This document shows, in pieces, positions 1 to 9,477 of a stretch of DNA of 55,689 nt; positions within the stretch are counted from its first letter, which is position 1, and each line of letters begins with the position of its first letter. The DNA comes from Candidatus Methanophagaceae archaeon GoMg1 (GTDB lineage Archaea > Halobacteriota > Syntropharchaeia > Alkanophagales > Methanospirareceae). The notes below the pieces were generated by a model. It did no database searches. It saw only the letters and a list, made by a program, of their open reading frames with translations, and had not been told where the DNA came from. A program made the translations under genes and the position numbers. The stretch lies in the NCBI GenBank assembly GCA_013180605.1, contig QBUL01000187.1:1-55689 (forward strand). The letters run 5' to 3'.

Positions 1-420
1 CAAGGTTTCCGAGAGCAGTGCCTTCACCGCGTCTGTCGCCAATCTCCTTAGCAATAGCGAGAGCCTGCTCATAATATTTAATCGCTCGCTCCACCTGCCC
101 CAGGACATAGTAAGCAAGTCCAAGGTTTCCGAGAGCATTACCTTCACCGCGTCTGTCGCCAATCTCCTTAGAAATAGCGAGTGCCTGCTCATAATATTTA
201 ATCGCTCGCTCCTCCTGCCCCAGGTCAGAGTAAGCATTTCCAAGGCTTCCGAGCCAGGCGCCTTCATTTCTTCTGTCTCCAATCTCCTTAGCAATCGCGA
301 GTGCCTGCTTATAATATTCAATCGCACGCTCCACCTGCCCCAATAGATAGTAAGCATTTCCAAGGCTTCCGAGACCAGCACCTTCACCGCGTCTGTCGCC
401 AATAGCCTGTGCAATCTTAA
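1..420. repeat. 120-bp tandem repeats encoding TPR units
   Basis: caaggYttccgag recurs at 1, 121, 241 and 361. Confidence 0.95.
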
Positions 421-979
421 GCGCTTTTTCAGAATACTCAATCGATTTTTTATAAGACCCGATTTGACCATATAAAACCCCCAGAGAACCCAGCAAGTAT
501 CCGCTTATTTCAGCCTCAGTTGAAAGCTCGGAAAGCAGTTTCTCTTTTAGCTCTATACTTCGCTTGATATCTTCCAGAGATTTATATTCAGTCTCTAAGG
601 CGAATTCAACCAGAGCAGGTCTGCGCTCTTCAGTCATAGATACTTCCATAAATTCTACCACACGGTTTCTGAACGCGAAGAAGTCAGGCGCCTCAAGACT
701 GATACGAGCAAGTTCCTCTTCTCTTACCCAGAATACCGCCTTGACATGGTGCTCAACAAGTTCTTCACGCTTAAAATTCAAATACTGAAGCGCTTCAGGA
801 AATCCTTTATCCATATTACGAACGGAAAAAACATAGTTGCCGGAGTTCATTGAAGAAAAAAAGGCGGGCAGGTCTTTATTGCCCCCTGCGTCCACGCTTA
901 CAACTTCGAGCCCCTGCTCAACCAGCGCTCTCTTAAGCGATTTCTCAACGTCACTTCGCAAAAATTCACTCAGATACAT
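1..979 (-). CDS. TPR-repeat protein, runs off the window edge
   Basis: Manual translation from ATG 979 (MYLSEFLRSDVEK...APDFFAFRNRVVEF) leads into 40-aa repeats such as LGQVERAIKYYEQALAIAKEIGDRRGEG.ALGNL. Absent from the ORF track because no stop lies in the window. Confidence 0.85.
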   Translation of the reverse strand, partial: MYLSEFLRSDVEKSLKRALVEQGLEVVSVDAGGNKDLPAFFSSMNSGNYVFSVRNMDKGFPEALQYLNFKREELVEHHVKAVFWVREEELARISLEAPDFFAFRNRVVEFMEVSMTEERRPALVEFALETEYKSLEDIKRSIELKEKLLSELSTEAEISGYLLGSLGVLYGQIGSYKKSIEYSEKALKIAQAIGDRRGEGAGLGSLGNAYYLLGQVERAIEYYKQALAIAKEIGDRRNEGAWLGSLGNAYSDLGQEERAIKYYEQALAISKEIGDRRGEGNALGNLGLAYYVLGQVERAIKYYEQALAIAKEIGDRRGEGTALGNL

Positions 980-1027
980 GGCATATCCAAAAAATCAAGA
1001 AAAATCATAGAAAAATTGGAATATCCT

Positions 1028-1606
1028 CTAAACTCTTCCTAAACAACGTTTTATAAACCTTTCAGATGGATATTCGTGAATAGTCGTAGCGATTATTTCC
1101 CCTGCCCCGTATTCAGACACAACCAAAATCGCTTTCGTATTCTCCTCTTTATCGCCTTTTATTCTTAATATTACTTCTCCTTCTATCCCCACCTCGTCGA
1201 AGTAACCATCGCACATGCATTCTCCTTTTTCCACTATCACTGCTACTTTATGCTCCTTTACCACCTCTATTCTTACCCTCCTCTTCTCCATCACGTATTC
1301 GGTTTTTATGGGAAGCCAATTGTATGCGTCCTTGTTTGAAAGCGCACCGGATACTAAAAGAACACCTCCCGCCTTTACAAAATCTTTTATACACTCACTA
1401 TTTGCTCTGAGTCCCTTTAGTATTCCCGAATATCGTTCGTTCCCAAATCCCGCTGGCACTATCACTAACTTATAGCCGGTAAATGAAAAGAACGGAGCAA
1501 ACAACAGATTCGGCGTTATTAGCTCACAATCAAACCCCTTATCGGTGAGGTGCTGCATAAAAGGCGTATCTTTATCCCATAATAACGCTATCTCTCTTTC
1601 CTTCAC
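1028..1606 (-). CDS. Hypothetical protein, class I glutamine amidotransferase-like fold
   Basis: LVIVPAGFG, FVKAGGVLLVSG and ATTIHEYP motifs; 4-nt overlap with the upstream gene. Confidence 0.6.
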   Translation of the reverse strand: MKEREIALLWDKDTPFMQHLTDKGFDCELITPNLLFAPFFSFTGYKLVIVPAGFGNERYSGILKGLRANSECIKDFVKAGGVLLVSGALSNKDAYNWLPIKTEYVMEKRRVRIEVVKEHKVAVIVEKGECMCDGYFDEVGIEGEVILRIKGDKEENTKAILVVSEYGAGEIIATTIHEYPSERFIKRCLGRV

Positions 1607-1968
1607 TTTTTCTTTAATACCACTATATCGGGTCGTGGTGAAGCTTTAGAGCCTGCAAATTCCTTTTTGCATCGTTCGCATAATTCCCTCGCCGTTAGCG
1701 TGACCACTTCTTCGCTTCCCGGCAGCTTTCTCGCATATACAAACTCCGGCTCTACGCCAACGGATTTGCTTATCTCCTCTAATACCGCACTTATCTTCTC
1801 CCTGAACACGTCTACATCGTCATATTGCAATCCACGCAGGTCTGCTGCGAAGCCGGTACAGCCACACACCATCCCGAATACTTTTGCTTCCGGCACGAAT
1901 ATGTTCCCTATCAGATGCCTCAGCTCTTCTTCAAGCTTTTTCCTGCCTTCACTTATCTCTTCCTTCAT
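1603..1968 (-). CDS. Small Cys-containing conserved protein (possibly DUF5402-like)
   Basis: CGC and LCERC motifs; lies downstream of the U32 pair in the same orientation. Confidence 0.55.
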   Translation of the reverse strand: MKEEISEGRKKLEEELRHLIGNIFVPEAKVFGMVCGCTGFAADLRGLQYDDVDVFREKISAVLEEISKSVGVEPEFVYARKLPGSEEVVTLTARELCERCKKEFAGSKASPRPDIVVLKKK

Positions 1969-1990
1969 TTTTCTGCAAGATATTTTATTG

Positions 1991-2040
1991 CATATAAAGT
2001 ATAACTTCCTTCTATTTAAGACGCGGATTTACACGGATTT
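1991..2040. repeat. Single arm of a GxxExxY-associated repeat element with conserved flank
   Basis: cataTaaagtataacttcc..tatttaagacgcggatttacacggattt, matching copies at 13211, 20251 and 22467. Confidence 0.8.
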
Positions 2041-2050
2041 ATTTATTTTG

Positions 2051-3070
2051 TCATTTCACCACGCTCAAAACCTTACTCGTCAGCTCATCGCAATACCTGC
2101 ATTCATCGCATATCTTTTTGCACCGTTTCCATTGTTTTATGCTGCCATCCAGGAGTTTGTTATCCAGGTAAAACGTATAGCTGAGTTCGGAAGGGCAATC
2201 AAGAAGTTCAAGCAGGTTTCCTTTAAATGACCGTCGTGAGTATGCCGTCATGCAATTTATTATCCAGTTCACCGTGTTTGCTCTACCCGCAATCTTGAAT
2301 TTTTCTATCCCTATCTCCTCGTATTCCTTCATATCCTCGGGTCTTATCCACGGCGACCTTATGATCTCCGATGGCTGTCGCATGCGAATGGATATGCACT
2401 TATCGAAATAGTAGTCGCCAAAGGTATTCAGTGGCTGGTTCCGTGCATTCAAAAAAGAAGATCGGGGGGTGGTTATGTGCGAGAAGAGGTTGAAATGCGC
2501 ATACCGAAACGGGCACTTATAAAGACAGGCTTCGTTCACAAGTATTCGGATGTCGCAATTCACGGCTCTCAGTATTGCTTCTAATGTTTGGAAGTCCCTG
2601 TTGATGTTCGTGTCCACCGTGATTGTATCGGCACCCAGGTCCTCAAAGAATTCAGCACGCTGCGGTGAATCTACATGCGCTACACACGAAACAACCGTCT
2701 CCATCGGGAACTCCTTCAAAAGCTCAATTAGATACGGCTCTGCCACGGTAATACCATCAACATCCGCCTTATTCAATTCCCCAAAGTACCACTCAAACAC
2801 CTTATAACCCTCGAAGGTAAGGTGATAACCGCCCAGGCATGATGCATTTATCACAATGTTCATCTTTATGTCGTGCTGATGCGCATAAGCAGTCTGCTCT
2901 TTTATCTCTTCAATAACCGCTCCGTGGAGCATCGCTCTTCCGCTGCCTACCACTTCTGGAGAGCCCGCCATGTAAACCTCATATACGTCTTTCAAACCCG
3001 CTGCTTCTTTTGTTTCTATTATCTCCTTCAATGCGGGGAAATGACCCGGATGCGGGACTATCACTTTCAT
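2051..3070 (-). CDS. U32 family Fe-S protein (UbiU/UbiV/TrhP-like hydroxylase), paralog 2
   Basis: NEACLYKCPFRYAH, WIRPED and FKIAGR motifs; C-terminal CKKICDEC..C. Confidence 0.85.
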   Translation of the reverse strand: MKVIVPHPGHFPALKEIIETKEAAGLKDVYEVYMAGSPEVVGSGRAMLHGAVIEEIKEQTAYAHQHDIKMNIVINASCLGGYHLTFEGYKVFEWYFGELNKADVDGITVAEPYLIELLKEFPMETVVSCVAHVDSPQRAEFFEDLGADTITVDTNINRDFQTLEAILRAVNCDIRILVNEACLYKCPFRYAHFNLFSHITTPRSSFLNARNQPLNTFGDYYFDKCISIRMRQPSEIIRSPWIRPEDMKEYEEIGIEKFKIAGRANTVNWIINCMTAYSRRSFKGNLLELLDCPSELSYTFYLDNKLLDGSIKQWKRCKKICDECRYCDELTSKVLSVVK

Positions 3071-4074
3071 TTGATACTGGTCAATACCTCCTGTGTAAGT
3101 TTATCACAATATCCACATTCGTTACAGATTTTTTTACAGTTCTTCCATTGTTCTATGCTCCCCTCAAGCTTTCCGTTATCCACGTAAAACACGAACCTTA
3201 GCATTTGAGGGCAGTCCAGGAGTTCAAGCAAGTTCCCCTTGAACGACCTGTGAGAATACGCCTTCATGCACTCTATTATCCAGTTCACCGTTTTTGTCCT
3301 CCCGGAAAGCTTGAAGCTCTTTATCCCTATCGCTTCGTATTCCTTCACATCTTCGGGTCTTATCCACGGGGACTTTATTATCTGCGTGGGGTCTCTCAGA
3401 CGGATGTTTATGCATTTATCGAAATAGAAGTCGGGTGCGAATAGAGGAGAGCGAGGTTGGTTTAAACTGCTGAGATGCGAGGCGAGATTGTAGTGAAAAT
3501 ACCTGAAAGGACACCGGTAAAGGCAGCCTTCGTTCACTATTACCCTCACGTCACAGTTAACCGCTTTTACTATTGCTCTCAACAGCGGGAAATGACGGTT
3601 TATGTTCGTGTCTACCGTTATCACATCAGCCCCAAGGTCTTCAAAGAACTTAGCACGCTGTGGCGCATCAACATAAGACAAAACCGATACAATGGTTTTC
3701 ATCGGGAAATCGCGCAGAAGCTCCACGAGATAGGGCTCTGCCACTATAACACCGTCAACGTCTGCTTTATTCAACTCGCTGAAATACCACTTGAACATCT
3801 TATAGCCCTCGAAGGTCAGATGATGGCCCCCGAGACACGTGGAATTCATTACGATATTCATTTTTATATCGTGCTGATGCGCATATTCGGTTTGTTCCCT
3901 TATCTCATCAATAAGCGGTGCATGCAGTACTCCTCTTCCGCTTCCCATTACTTCCGGCGAGCCGCCCATGAACACCTCTTCCACTTCCTCTAATCCTTCT
4001 TCCAACTCTTTTGCTTCTATTATCTCCTTCAATGCGGAAAAATGCCCGGGATGCGGAACCATTAGCCTTGTCAT
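3067..4074 (-). CDS. U32 family Fe-S protein, paralog 1
   Basis: NEGCLYRCPFR and FKLSGR motifs. Start moved to MTRLMVPHPGH (4074) by alignment with the paralog; the longer track ORF reads through a repeat. Confidence 0.85.
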   Translation of the reverse strand: MTRLMVPHPGHFSALKEIIEAKELEEGLEEVEEVFMGGSPEVMGSGRGVLHAPLIDEIREQTEYAHQHDIKMNIVMNSTCLGGHHLTFEGYKMFKWYFSELNKADVDGVIVAEPYLVELLRDFPMKTIVSVLSYVDAPQRAKFFEDLGADVITVDTNINRHFPLLRAIVKAVNCDVRVIVNEGCLYRCPFRYFHYNLASHLSSLNQPRSPLFAPDFYFDKCINIRLRDPTQIIKSPWIRPEDVKEYEAIGIKSFKLSGRTKTVNWIIECMKAYSHRSFKGNLLELLDCPQMLRFVFYVDNGKLEGSIEQWKNCKKICNECGYCDKLTQEVLTSIK

Positions 4075-4128
4075 CGGTCTATTAAGAATATCAGTAGTTC
4101 TATAAAAATCATTTAAATTTTTTTCTTT

Positions 4129-4302
4129 TAGCACAAACCTTTTCTTAAGAAGAAAAGCTTTACCAAAAGAAGATGGAAAACTTTCTTTCACAAAGAAAGT
4201 TTTATCAACAACTTTTTTACCTTCGGTAAAAACCTTGACTAAAAATATTTCCATGTTTTTTCTTTTAGCACAGGTTTTCTTTTTTACAAAAAGAAAAAGT
4301 GT
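4129..4302. repeat. AT-rich dispersed repeat, copy 1
   Basis: About 4200-4301 is the reverse complement of about 52947-53050; a partial copy lies at 55060-55106. Confidence 0.85.
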
Positions 4303-4303
4303 T

Positions 4304-5023
4304 ATGGCAAAACTATTTCGAGAGACGCAAGGTGTAATCCCGGCGTGTGACGTAACCACGATAGAAGAATTCCAAACGTTAATTGAGCGGACATGCTCGA
4401 TTGAAGGAATCGTGGGATATAAGGTAGGGTGCACACTTGCGTTACGCTACGGATTACCGAAATTGGCGGAGATAGCAGCAGAGCAGACCGACTTGCCTGT
4501 GATATATGACCATCAAAAGGCAGGCACGGACATACCGGCGATGGGGGCTAAATTCGCAGAGGTGTGCGCAAAAGCAGGTGTAAAAGTCGTTATTATTTTC
4601 CCGATGGCGGGTCCTGCCACCGAGAAAGCGTTTATCGAAGCCGCATTTAAAAACGGGTTGGTTCCCTGGGTGGGCGGTGAAATGACACATGAGAAGTACC
4701 TGCATAGAGAAGGGGGATTTATTAACGCTGATGCACCAAAAAAGATATACAAAATCGCAGCAGAATGCGGTGTGGAATATTTCGTAGCTCCTGGAAGCAA
4801 ACCCGGTATTGTTGCGGAATACAATCGTTTCCTATCGGAAATCGTGAACGAGCCGAAGTTTTGCATGCCCGGGATTGGTTCACAGGGTGGTGCGATAAGC
4901 AAAGCTTTTGAAGCAGTAAAAGGTAAAGAAGCGTATGCTATTATAGGGTCTGCGATATACAAAAGCAGGGATATAGAGGGTGCGGCGAGAAGGTTTTGCA
5001 AGGAGGCAATGGCGTTCTTATAA
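4304..5023 (+). CDS. pyrF: Orotidine 5'-phosphate decarboxylase
   Basis: IPACD, GYKVG, YDHQKAGTDIP, PGIGSQGG and IIGSAIY motifs; start at MAKLF. Confidence 0.8.
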   Translation: MAKLFRETQGVIPACDVTTIEEFQTLIERTCSIEGIVGYKVGCTLALRYGLPKLAEIAAEQTDLPVIYDHQKAGTDIPAMGAKFAEVCAKAGVKVVIIFPMAGPATEKAFIEAAFKNGLVPWVGGEMTHEKYLHREGGFINADAPKKIYKIAAECGVEYFVAPGSKPGIVAEYNRFLSEIVNEPKFCMPGIGSQGGAISKAFEAVKGKEAYAIIGSAIYKSRDIEGAARRFCKEAMAFL

Positions 5024-5212
5024 TTGCTCACAATCGGATGAGGGGGGAGGATGGTTGAGCAATTAACTTGACAATCTCTCATTTCAAAATCTTTTTGTCT
5101 CTCCGGGAATATCCGAAAATCGCCCATCTTCTCGTAAAATCCGCTCCCTTCATTATCTGTAATATCTCTCGCATCTTCTCCGCATTTGAAAGGCAAGTTT
5201 CAATTAAAAAAG

Positions 5213-5315
5213 GGTAGTGCCCTAATTAAGAATAGTTAATGAAAAGAAATCTTGCCATGTCCATAGGTGGTCTGTTAACCCTTCTAACATTGCAGGTGAA
5301 GTTCTTCTTTTGAAC
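5213..5315 (-). mobile_element. IS1-family transposase C-terminal remnant with terminal repeat
   Basis: Minus frame KRRTSPAMLEGLTDHLWTWQDFFSLTILN* followed by GGCACTACC (GGTAGTG-type end). Confidence 0.6.
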
Positions 5316-5349
5316 TCATTTATGAAATCCCGAGAGATTTAAAGAAAAA

Positions 5350-5477
5350 TCATTTTTTGGTAAACAACTTCCTTATCCCCGCGCCAACCGTCTCAACCTG
5401 ATGCTTGCCTATCTTCTCTCTGCTCTCTTTCAAGAACTGGATACCTCTTTTGTATTCCTCAACCCATTCATTTGCAA
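5350..5477 (-). pseudogene. ilvC: Duplicated 3' fragment of ilvC
   Basis: Close match to 21439-21566 (ANEWVEEYK...HQVETVGA.IRKLF.KK*). Confidence 0.85.
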
Positions 5478-6032
5478 CCCCACGTTTTCAGAGACCATTA
5501 AAATTGAGTGCGGACGCTGCTGTTCATAGCAGTACAAAATACATAGGTGGTCACGCAGATATTTTAGGAGGTGTCATTGTCGGAAGAAAAAAGCAGATGA
5601 GCGGTTTTGGTGGTATGATCTCTTTTGGAATCAAGGGCGGAGGCACAGTCTAAAAATCTAGTGATTTATCACCGCGGAGAGCGCAGAGTACGCAGAGTTT
5701 TAAGATGATTTTATCCTTGTTGAGTTTCCTGATGTCTCCGCGTGCTCTGCGGTGAAATTCAAGGATATAGAGATTTCACTAGAAAATTCGACAGTGCCAA
5801 GGGCGGAATAGAGGAGGGACGCAAGCTCATGAACCGCGTTGAACGGTGTACTTTAGCGGTTAGCCTCGGGTACGTTGATACCGTAATACAACATCCGGCA
5901 TCTATGACCCACGCGAATATACCCCGAAAGGTCAGGTTGAAGATTGGGATAACCGATGATTTGGTGCGACTCTCTGTCGGTATAGAAGAGCCAGAAGACA
6001 TAATAGCAGATCTGGAACAAACATTAAGCTAA
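5471..6032 (+). pseudogene. Cys/Met metabolism PLP enzyme (methionine gamma-lyase type), fragmented
   Basis: FATP.FQRPL, HSSTKYIGGHAD, FGGMISF, LAVSLG, HPASMTH and VRLSVGIE motifs; 5' end lost, internal deletion, MITE insertion. Confidence 0.85.
5642..5798. mobile_element. 157-bp MITE (IS256-like ends)
   Basis: 23-bp imperfect TIR (18/23) GGCACAGTCTAAAAATCTAGTGA; 9-bp TSD AAGGGCGGA at 5633-5641 and 5799-5807. Removal restores [10 protein letters not shown]. Confidence 0.9.
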
Positions 6033-6098
6033 CCGACTTTACATATTTAAAGGTTTATTCTCCAGCATTATATGTGGTATCATAACGATTATAAATTT

Positions 6099-6547
6099 AT
6101 GGTAAAAGTCTTGGGTCACAGAGGCTGTGCAAGCATAGAGCCTGAGAACACGATTAGGGCTTTTAAGAGAGCAATGGATTTAGGTGTGGATTTTATTTAA
6201 AGATTGTAACGAAAGAAGGGTTGAGCAGTAAAGTCATTATAGTTTCTTTCTGGCACGATGTATTGAAGAGAATTAAAGAGATAGAACCGGAAATAAAAAC
6301 CGGAGCTATCTTTGTTGGCAGACCCGTGGATACAGTATCAATAGCAAAAGCAGCTAAATCAGAATTGATATGCCTGAAACACAAATTCATTGATGAGGAA
6401 GTCGTAGTGGAATGCCACGAAAATGACATTGAAGTCAATGCATGGACCGTGAACGAGATAGAGGATATAGAAAGGATGAAGGAATTAGGTGTTGACATAA
6501 TAAGCAGTGACCATCCAGATAGGGTCTTAGAAGAATTAAAATCATAA
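6099..6547 (+). pseudogene. Glycerophosphodiester phosphodiesterase with internal deletion
   Basis: MVKVLGHRGCASIEPENT...DFI* jumps to the C-terminal half (AWTVN, IISSDHPD). Confidence 0.85.
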
Positions 6548-6565
6548 TTTTGAGATACATGAAAA

Positions 6566-8239
6566 ATGGGGAAAGAAATAGCCGCATTCGATTACGAAGA
6601 GGAAAGAAAGAAGTTCAAATGGGATATTCCTGAAGACTACAACTTTGTTGATGTTATTCGAAGATGGACAGACGATAGAACAAAGTTGATGGCGATTACT
6701 GAGCATCCAGACGGGAAGGTTGAGAAAGCAGGATACTGGGAAGTATGGGACAGTGCCATGAGATTTGGAAACGTCCTGAGAGATTCAGGCATCCAGAAAG
6801 GCGATCGGGTTTTGGTGATACTTCCGAGGGGAACGGATGTTTATACTGTGAGCACCGGTATCTGGGCAATAGGCGGCGTTGTTGTTCCTGGCACAATAAT
6901 GCTCAGGAGAGCAGATATAGAATATAGGATTTTAGATGCCGGGGTCAAGGCTTTAATTACAAGTGATTCAACCGTTGCTGATGAGGTAGATGCAATTAAA
7001 GGTAGAATTTCAATTGGAAACCTTTTCTTTTCAGGTCAGAGGGAAGGATGGCGGGACTTCCGGCAGGAGGTCAATTCGGCATCAAGTACTCTAACGCTTG
7101 AAAAAATCAAAAAAAGTGATCCCTTAGCCGTCAACTACACCTCCGGGACTACGGGCGCACCAAAAGGAGTGTTACACACTCATTCATTGATGTACTGTTT
7201 CGATAGGCTGAATAGATATTACTGGTGGGATACACAACCAGACGAGCTGTGCTGGGCAACAACAGAACCCGGATGGGCTAAATGGTACTGGGCACCATTT
7301 GGGGCTATTTTAAACGCCGGCGCTACAAACTTCCATTACTCGGGCAGATTTGAACCTGAAAAATGGTTTGAGCTGCTTGCTAAATGGCGGATAAACAGGG
7401 CGTGTATGACTCCAACAGAACTCAGGGCTATGGCAACCATTGATGATGCAAACAGGAGATACGATTTGAATGACTTGAAGGTCATTTTAACTGCTGGAGA
7501 GCCCTGCACACCATGCATTATTAGATTCTTCGATGAGAAGTTTGGAGTATCGGTTAGAGAAGGTTATGGGCAGACAGAAACTTGCGTTATTGCCTGCAAT
7601 TTACCAGGGATGGAGATAAAGCAGGGGTCGATGGGCAGGTTTATACCCGGGGTTGAAGGAGCAATTGTGAATCCTGAGACAGGAGAACGAGTGCCGGTAG
7701 GTGAGAGGGGAATGATTGCTGTTGCTAAGGATCATCCGATGCTGTTCAAAGGATATCACAATAAACCAGAAAAAACTGCTGAATGCTTCGTTGGCAATTG
7801 GTATTTAACTGGAGACCTCGCAATGATGGATGAGGCGGGATATATATGGTTTGACTCAAGGGCTGATGACGTCTGTATAAGTTCGGGATATAGAATTGGT
7901 CCATTTGAGGTTGAAAGTGCAGTTGATTCGCATGAGGCAGTGCTTGAATGTGCGATGATTCCAAGCCCTGACCCCATAAGAGGAGAGATTGTTAAGGTTT
8001 TTGTTGTCTTACAGGAGGGACACGAACCATCGGAACAACTTATCAAAGATATTCAGCAGCATGTCAAACGGATAACTGCCCCGTATAAGTATCCGAGAGA
8101 GATTGAATTTGTTAAAGAGCTCCCAAAAACTATTAGTGGTAAAATTAAGCGTAAAGAGCTCAGAACCAGGGAGTTTGAGAGAAAAAGGGATGTAATTGAA
8201 AAACTTAAAGAAAAAGGGTTATGGCTGAGGTTGGACTAG
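6566..8239 (+). CDS. AMP-forming acyl-CoA synthetase (short/medium chain)
   Basis: YTSGTTGAPKG, EGYGQTET, TGD, SSGYRIGPFEVE and PKTISGKIKR motifs. Confidence 0.92.
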   Translation: MGKEIAAFDYEEERKKFKWDIPEDYNFVDVIRRWTDDRTKLMAITEHPDGKVEKAGYWEVWDSAMRFGNVLRDSGIQKGDRVLVILPRGTDVYTVSTGIWAIGGVVVPGTIMLRRADIEYRILDAGVKALITSDSTVADEVDAIKGRISIGNLFFSGQREGWRDFRQEVNSASSTLTLEKIKKSDPLAVNYTSGTTGAPKGVLHTHSLMYCFDRLNRYYWWDTQPDELCWATTEPGWAKWYWAPFGAILNAGATNFHYSGRFEPEKWFELLAKWRINRACMTPTELRAMATIDDANRRYDLNDLKVILTAGEPCTPCIIRFFDEKFGVSVREGYGQTETCVIACNLPGMEIKQGSMGRFIPGVEGAIVNPETGERVPVGERGMIAVAKDHPMLFKGYHNKPEKTAECFVGNWYLTGDLAMMDEAGYIWFDSRADDVCISSGYRIGPFEVESAVDSHEAVLECAMIPSPDPIRGEIVKVFVVLQEGHEPSEQLIKDIQQHVKRITAPYKYPREIEFVKELPKTISGKIKRKELRTREFERKRDVIEKLKEKGLWLRLD

Positions 8240-8331
8240 AGTCGCAGAGTAGGAGGGGGCATCGGCATGGGTGCATGAGGCTATAGTTAACCTACTTTGG
8301 TATTAAATAAGACGTATATATTAAAAAATTT

Positions 8332-9237
8332 ATGTTAATTATAATGACAGTAACTTTAGATGGAATAATTAGTTCATTAACCAATAATGATATTGTCGCA
8401 GGTGCAATTTTAGGAAGTATTATAATCCCCTTAATTTTTTATTTAATCCTGTTTTTGCATAGAAAATATATTTCATTATTACCTGCAAATTCTCTTCTTG
8501 GACAATTTAAAGATAACGAAATAGAATGTTTATTTTTTCTAAAAGAATTATACGATATTCAAAAATCCAATGAATATTTGTTTAAAATTCCTGATTTCTT
8601 TCCACCTCATACTACAATGAAGGAACAAAGAGCAATTAATATACCAAGAGTTTTTGCAAAGGCAGATACTGAGTGTTTAAATGACGTTATGAATGTTTTG
8701 GGAACGGTTGGAAAAAATAAAAATATAGAAATTGCAAGTATAGAAACAGATTGGGATGTTTGGAACAAACCCCTCATTTCAATTGGTGGGAATTACAAAA
8801 CAGAAAGAATTTTAGAAAGATGCAAACCGATTTACGTTGAGCAAGGATTTGCAGATATAGATCTAAATGGGAAAAAAGAAAAATCGTATTATTTTAAATT
8901 AAAAAATAAAAAAGAAAAATTATTTGCAATTATACCTGATGATTATGGGATAGTCCACAAAACAAAAGATATATCGACAGGAAATGATGTATTTTTTATA
9001 TTGGGTTTAGGTTGTTTAGCGACTGAGTCTGTTGGAAGATTTTTTAGGAGTCAATTTTTACAACTGGGAAAAATGTATGGTAATAGGCCATTTGTTGCAA
9101 TAATAAAATCTAATTTATATGAAGGAAAAGAAAGTTATGTTTTGTATGATTATTACCCTGAACCAACATTTATTAGAAAAATTGTTTTTCCCATCACTTG
9201 GTTTAAACATTTTAAGCCTGAAAAAAAATATACTTAG
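8332..9237 (+). CDS. AT-rich hypothetical protein with N-terminal TM helix (possible cassette cargo)
   Basis: 301-aa ORF much more AT-rich than its flanks; hydrophobic IVAGAILGSIIIPLIFYLILFL. Confidence 0.7.
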   Translation: MLIIMTVTLDGIISSLTNNDIVAGAILGSIIIPLIFYLILFLHRKYISLLPANSLLGQFKDNEIECLFFLKELYDIQKSNEYLFKIPDFFPPHTTMKEQRAINIPRVFAKADTECLNDVMNVLGTVGKNKNIEIASIETDWDVWNKPLISIGGNYKTERILERCKPIYVEQGFADIDLNGKKEKSYYFKLKNKKEKLFAIIPDDYGIVHKTKDISTGNDVFFILGLGCLATESVGRFFRSQFLQLGKMYGNRPFVAIIKSNLYEGKESYVLYDYYPEPTFIRKIVFPITWFKHFKPEKKYT

Positions 9238-9477
9238 GAAATAGCATCTGCTTCAAAATCAATAGACTAATATGGTACAGACTTTGTGATCTCGCTAGAA
9301 GATGTTGCTGAACAAAGATACACGAGAGTCACTATACCCCGTACTTAACTTAATTACGAAGCCTGCCTGATATTATTTGGCATAAAGGTATGTAAAAGCA
9401 TTTCGTTTTTTTCTCTCAACAGTTTTCCTCATCACCATACCACTGCATGACTTCTGTTTGCGAATCGTTGTGTTTAG

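Noticed and set aside
1-420. 120-bp repeats as CRISPR or DGR template/variable repeats
   Set aside because: Contiguous in-frame TPR units with no spacers, and no reverse transcriptase in the window.
4075-4434. 120-aa N-terminal extension of the U32 ORF
   Set aside because: It reads through a dispersed repeat and antisense to pyrF; the paralog starts at the equivalent of 4074.
5077-5200. Minus-strand fragment NAEKMREILQIMKGADFTRRW
   Set aside because: Probably a gene 3' remnant cut by the IS, but I could not assign a family.
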